Below are positions 7,307 through 10,971 of a DNA stretch of 10,971 nucleotides, one piece after another. Source of the stretch: Caedibacter taeniospiralis (GTDB lineage: Bacteria; Pseudomonadota; Gammaproteobacteria; Francisellales; Francisellaceae); assembly GCF_002803295.2 (NCBI RefSeq), contig NZ_PGGB02000018.1, forward strand, positions 18,164-29,134, written 5' to 3'. Both the position numbers and the translations under genes were made by a program. The first letter of the stretch is position 1; each line of letters begins with the position of its first letter. Under the pieces are notes generated by a model. The model ran no database searches, was not told where the DNA came from, and saw nothing but the letters and a program-made list of their open reading frames with translations.

Positions 7307-7380
7307 TTTTTTTCATCTAACTACTGAATGATTCATCGAGCCTTATGTTGGTTATCCTCTGTCGAATAGAGCAGTATCAA

Positions 7381-8012
7381 TCACTTCCAACTCGCGATTT
7401 CAGCAATTCTCTTGTCTGAATTCAAACGATTTTTTATGGCTTCTGCTCTTTTCAACGTGTTTTCTATGTAAACATCATCAGAATTTATACACTCGCTGCG
7501 AGCCATGGAGAGCGGAACGCGAGGGCGAGTAGACCCGGGTAGCCTTGCGCTGTTGATCAGCAAGCGACGTGCCGAAGGCGCCAGAGCGAAGTCTGTGAAA
7601 CAGCTTTTACCCAAGGCGTAGAGTAGAATCGGAGGAGTGTTGTCCGTTCGGAATGAGCGTAGCGAATTTGTGAGGACATGCCGAGGAGGCGGACGGCCCG
7701 GGCAAAATTTATACCGCCGAGGATAGCCGATTCGATTTTGTGTATGGATATACAAAATCTATCATGAGGCCCGAGGCACCCTATTGAGTTTATTCTCAAA
7801 GGACACTCTGTTTGATGCACTTCTTGATAACACTCAACCATTTCCAGGGTCAGCGATCCTCTTGAGTGTTTCTCTTTTAAATATTCAATATCTGACCACC
7901 GTGCTTTACGGATGTCATCTCTGTAAAAATTCATGAAACTTCTTTTTGTTTCAAACACCCCGTAACGTTTATTGATTGCTCTAATAAAAAAATCGTCAAA
8001 AGTTATCACCAT
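7381..8012 (-). pseudogene. Hypothetical gene interrupted by repeat copy 3: (MVITFDDFFIRAINKRYGVFETKRSFMNF...TECPLRINS) + repeat + (CINSDDVYIENTLKRAEAIKNRLNSDKRIAEIASWK*)
   Basis: Upstream coding part (track ORF 8021..7557) enters the repeat; downstream part (end of ORF 7755..7381) leaves it and ends in a stop. ATG at 8012 has an upstream aggtg. Both flanks look coding. Confidence 0.6.
7493..7781 (-). repeat. GC-rich dispersed repeat, copy 3 (core 289 bp), inverted relative to copies 1 and 2
   Basis: Reverse complement is near-identical to 1289-1579 over its whole length. Confidence 0.92.
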
Positions 8013-8097
8013 CTTATTCACCTAAAAATATTTTTTATGATTCAAAAACCATCTCGCCATCTTCTCTCACCAACGGAATCGTCATCTTCTTGTCTTT

Positions 8098-8445
8098 TTA
8101 TACCGCTCGAAGGTAATATGAATATTCATAACCGTCTTTGGTTAATTTCTTCTCCCACGAGCTCAAATGCTCTGGCATGAACAGCGTTTCTTTATTTTTA
8201 ACACTTTCTACAGGATACGTATACGGCTTCTTCGTGTAAAAAATTCCCGTGTACCGATAGCCAATAGGTAAACTATCTTTTTTCTTTTCAAAACAGACTA
8301 TCGCTTCGTTAAAATACGAAATCACCTTCTTAAATTTTTCTTCACCTGAATAATCAATCAACACTTTTTCTTTCTGCATAATAAGCTCAATAATACGCTT
8401 TATGTTTTGGATGTCTGTTTTTAGCTTTTGACGTTCACTACTCAT
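8098..8445 (-). CDS. Hypothetical protein (115 aa), likely translationally coupled to the upstream gene
   Basis: ATG overlaps the end of the 562-aa ORF by 8 nt; aaggag lies upstream (aaggagataagaaaaaATG). Confidence 0.7.
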   Translation of the reverse strand: MSSERQKLKTDIQNIKRIIELIMQKEKVLIDYSGEEKFKKVISYFNEAIVCFEKKKDSLPIGYRYTGIFYTKKPYTYPVESVKNKETLFMPEHLSSWEKKLTKDGYEYSYYLRAV

Positions 8446-10126
8446 TTTTTCTTATCTCCTTTTCTTTTTCACGTTGTTTTTGTTTTAAAGCTTCAATGGA
8501 TTTTTGAGCTTCGATGTGGCTTGTTGCCTGTTGTTCTTGACAGCTATAACCATCAACCAAAGCCCAATGCCGTTTTTTAAATGTTCCGATAAAGACATGC
8601 TTAGGATTATTAATCGCTTTTTCATCCCACCTTTTACTTATATCTTCCCATTGATAAGTCATTTGATGTTCAAAATGCCTTAAGAAAATTTGCAGTTGAA
8701 GTGGGTTCATTTCTATGTTATTTTCTTCAGCGTTAATTTTGATTTTATTGATGTCCGATGAATAGAAGGGTGCTTTCCCCATGCTTTTCAATAGGTCGTT
8801 GATTTTGGTAAGGTCGATGGTTTCGTAAGTAAGGTCAAGATTAACATCGCTTAGATTGACATGACTTAAAGTCAGAGAGTCTGTTTTGTTTAATTCATCT
8901 CTAGTGGTTTCGTTTGTTTTAGTTGCTTCTGAGTTATTTAAAGTAATTTTTCTTAAATCATGATTTTCTTTAACGAGCAGTTCGTATTGCTCTTTTATAA
9001 ATTCCAATTCTTCTGTTAATTTTTCAACGTCATTAGATTGACTATATTTAGAACTGTCTGTTTTTTCATCTTGTCCCATATTACATAACATACTATGCTC
9101 TTCTATTTTATCTATATTATAAATATGGGAGTCGCTTTCATTTTTTTGTGGTGTGTTTTTTTCAAAGTCACCTTGTGTACTTTGTAGGCTTTTTACGTAC
9201 TCAAAAACGTCTGGTCTGATCTGATATTTTACCCATCCATTTCGACCTGTTTTACGCTCGTAAACTGAAATGTAGTTCTTCTTTTTGAGGCGGTAAATTG
9301 CTTTTTTTACAATGTCTTTATTAGATTTTATCTGCTTAATTATATTGTTAGTGTTGATATGACATGTGATTAGTAAACATAAATTTTCTAAGCTAGAAAT
9401 CATAATTCTTATAACTATAAATTGACACCCGTTCAGTTGGATTTTATTTCCTGTTTCTTGAGACATGTCCTCCGTTTTGTCCCCTATTTCTTGAGACATG
9501 TCCTCCGTTTTGTCCCCTGTTTCTTGAGACATGTCCCCCGTTTTGTCCCCTATTTCTTGAGACATGTCCTCCGTTTTGTCCCCTGTTTCTTGAGACATGT
9601 CCTCCGTTTTGTCCCCTGTTTCTTGAGACATGTCCCCCGTTTTGTCCCCTGTTTCTTGAGACATGTCCTCCGTTTTGTCCCCTGTTTCTTGAGACATGTC
9701 CCCTGTTTTGTCCCCTGTTTCTTGAGACATGTCCCCTGTTTTGTCCCCTGTTTCTTGAGACATGTCCCCCGTTTTGTCCCCTGTTTCTTGAGACATGTCC
9801 CCTGTTTTGTCCCCTGTTTCTTGAGACATGTCCCCTGTTTCTTGAGACATGTCCCCCGTTTTGTCCCCTGTTTCTTGAGACATGTCCCCCGTTTTGTCCC
9901 CTATTTCTTGAGACATGTCCTCCGTTTTGTCCCCTGTTTCTTGAGACATGTCCCCCGTTTTGTCCCCTGTTTCTTGAGACATGTCCCCCGTTTTGTCCCC
10001 TGTTTCTTGAGACATGTCCTCCGTTTTACCGTGGTTATTTATAAATGGGTTATCCCATGGTCGATATTTTTTAGGAATATATTCTTTTTTAGACACTAAA
10101 ATAGTGATGTTTTCAATTTTAGGCAT
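8438..10126 (-). CDS. Predicted winged-helix DNA-binding protein (562 aa) with an ~190-aa tandem DMSQETGDKTG/E repeat region; possible partition or replication protein
   Basis: ATG 1 nt after the ParA stop (TAA-A-ATG). Repeats span residues ~37-226, followed by a wHTH-like segment (NIIKQIKSNKDIVKKAIYRLKKKNYISVYERKTGRNGWVKYQI) and a charged C-terminal region. Confidence 0.7.
   Translation of the reverse strand: MPKIENITILVSKKEYIPKKYRPWDNPFINNHGKTEDMSQETGDKTGDMSQETGDKTGDMSQETGDKTEDMSQEIGDKTGDMSQETGDKTGDMSQETGDMSQETGDKTGDMSQETGDKTGDMSQETGDKTGDMSQETGDKTGDMSQETGDKTEDMSQETGDKTGDMSQETGDKTEDMSQETGDKTEDMSQEIGDKTGDMSQETGDKTEDMSQEIGDKTEDMSQETGNKIQLNGCQFIVIRIMISSLENLCLLITCHINTNNIIKQIKSNKDIVKKAIYRLKKKNYISVYERKTGRNGWVKYQIRPDVFEYVKSLQSTQGDFEKNTPQKNESDSHIYNIDKIEEHSMLCNMGQDEKTDSSKYSQSNDVEKLTEELEFIKEQYELLVKENHDLRKITLNNSEATKTNETTRDELNKTDSLTLSHVNLSDVNLDLTYETIDLTKINDLLKSMGKAPFYSSDINKIKINAEENNIEMNPLQLQIFLRHFEHQMTYQWEDISKRWDEKAINNPKHVFIGTFKKRHWALVDGYSCQEQQATSHIEAQKSIEALKQKQREKEKEIRKNE
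9449..10018 (-). repeat. In-frame tandem array: 18 DMSQE-motif units, mostly 33 bp with one shortened to 21 bp
   Basis: Consensus on coding strand GGGGACATGTCTCAAGAAACAGGGGACAAAAC. Every unit carries the perfect palindrome GACATGTC; the sixth unit is DMSQETG only; T/I and G/E variants occur at fixed positions. Confidence 0.95.
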
Positions 10127-10127
10127 T

Positions 10128-10971
10128 TTAAATTCCCAATATTTCGGATGTTAATAAACTAAAATCTTCTTTTTCTGGAGTTTTTTTAAAACTATCAAAG
10201 ACTGATATAGACGCTGCTATACAGTTCTCTATAGATTGAAGCGACCTTATATAGCTTCTTAATAAAATTGAGTTGCACTGTTTATTTTTTAATACATATT
10301 TCATTACTTCATGCGATAGATTTGTTCTTGAATCAAATTTATTAAACAATATCTTCAAAACTATATCTTTATCATATTTTTCACATAAATTTAAAATTTC
10401 ATGATGAGTTAATTCAAGACCAGCTAAAGCATAATCAGTTGGAGTGATAGGCATTATTATTTCATCTGATGCAAGTGTAGCAGCAGATACTGCTGACCCT
10501 ATAGATGGTGGACAGTCAATAACAATAATATCATATTTGTTTTTTAATTCTGAAAAAGGTTTATTAAAAACCTTATCTAATGGATGCTTACCAAGCATTA
10601 AAGAGTTATCAAGTAAGGCATTATCTACCCTGCTTGGTATAAAATCTAAACCATCAAATATATTTATAAGTAAATCACTTATCTCTAATTTGTCATTTAT
10701 ATAATCAATAAGAACAGGTTTTTTTCTGGCATCAACCCCCAATGTTCTTGTAAGATTTGCTTGTTGGTCTAATTCAATAAGAGCCACTTTAGCACCTAAG
10801 ATGGCAGCTCTAATCGCAAAATTTAATGATATAACTGTTTTACCAACCCCTCCTTTAACTAATTGGAATGAATATATCTTATTGGGGAATTTATAATTAA
10901 AAAGTTTTTTTGCAGTGTTATGAGAAAAATATACTCTTCTACCAAAATTTTTAGTTTGAAGCCCGCTGTTC
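10128..10971 (-). CDS. parA: ParA/Soj-type partition ATPase, 5' end beyond window
   Basis: The track starts at an internal GTG (10787), but the frame stays open to the edge: ...NKIYSFQLVKGGVGKTVISLNFAIRAAILGAKVALIELDQQANLTRTLG... with deviant Walker A KGGVGKT; later DIIVIDCPPSIG and PITPTDYALAGL. Confidence 0.93.
   Translation of the reverse strand, partial: NSGLQTKNFGRRVYFSHNTAKKLFNYKFPNKIYSFQLVKGGVGKTVISLNFAIRAAILGAKVALIELDQQANLTRTLGVDARKKPVLIDYINDKLEISDLLINIFDGLDFIPSRVDNALLDNSLMLGKHPLDKVFNKPFSELKNKYDIIVIDCPPSIGSAVSAATLASDEIIMPITPTDYALAGLELTHHEILNLCEKYDKDIVLKILFNKFDSRTNLSHEVMKYVLKNKQCNSILLRSYIRSLQSIENCIAASISVFDSFKKTPEKEDFSLLTSEILGI

Noticed and set aside
9422-10099. 225-aa + strand ORF (FLRHVLRFVPCFLRHV...)
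   Set aside because: Antisense read-through of the 33-bp array; the minus strand is in a coherent operon with ParA, a start codon next to the ParA stop and a downstream wHTH-like region.
10444-10704. 86-aa + strand ORF
   Set aside because: Antisense to the conserved part of ParA.

Overview
This AT-rich window looks like accessory DNA, probably plasmid or another self-replicating or mobile element of a Gram-negative bacterium (host inferred, not shown). On the right is a minus-strand operon. It starts with a ParA-type ATPase that carries KGGVGKT and runs off the window edge. Next, separated from the ParA stop by 1 nt, is a predicted winged-helix protein containing 18 copies of an 11-aa motif, encoded by ~33-bp repeats. 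A small ORF overlaps its end, followed by a gene interrupted by a GC-rich repeat. In the middle is a second HTH/replication-initiator-like gene with six perfect 21-bp in-frame repeats. Its repeats share the 13-mer GGACAAAACGGGG with the 33-bp repeats. Immediately 3' of that gene is a ~1 kb non-coding two-tier array (14/15-bp units in blocks punctuated by eight copies of a 38-bp segment). Other features are an HU/IHF-like protein flanked by three AT-hook motifs, an Rpn-family nuclease with a decayed 3' relic of a second copy ~2.3 kb away, a small lipoprotein missed by the ORF track, a coiled-coil secreted protein interrupted by the GC-rich repeat, and three copies of that repeat (291, 112 and 289 bp cores), one with a 179-bp internal deletion at a GCCC microhomology. 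The best candidates for an undescribed system are the replication/partition region with its in-gene and intergenic repeat arrays and the HU/AT-hook protein.
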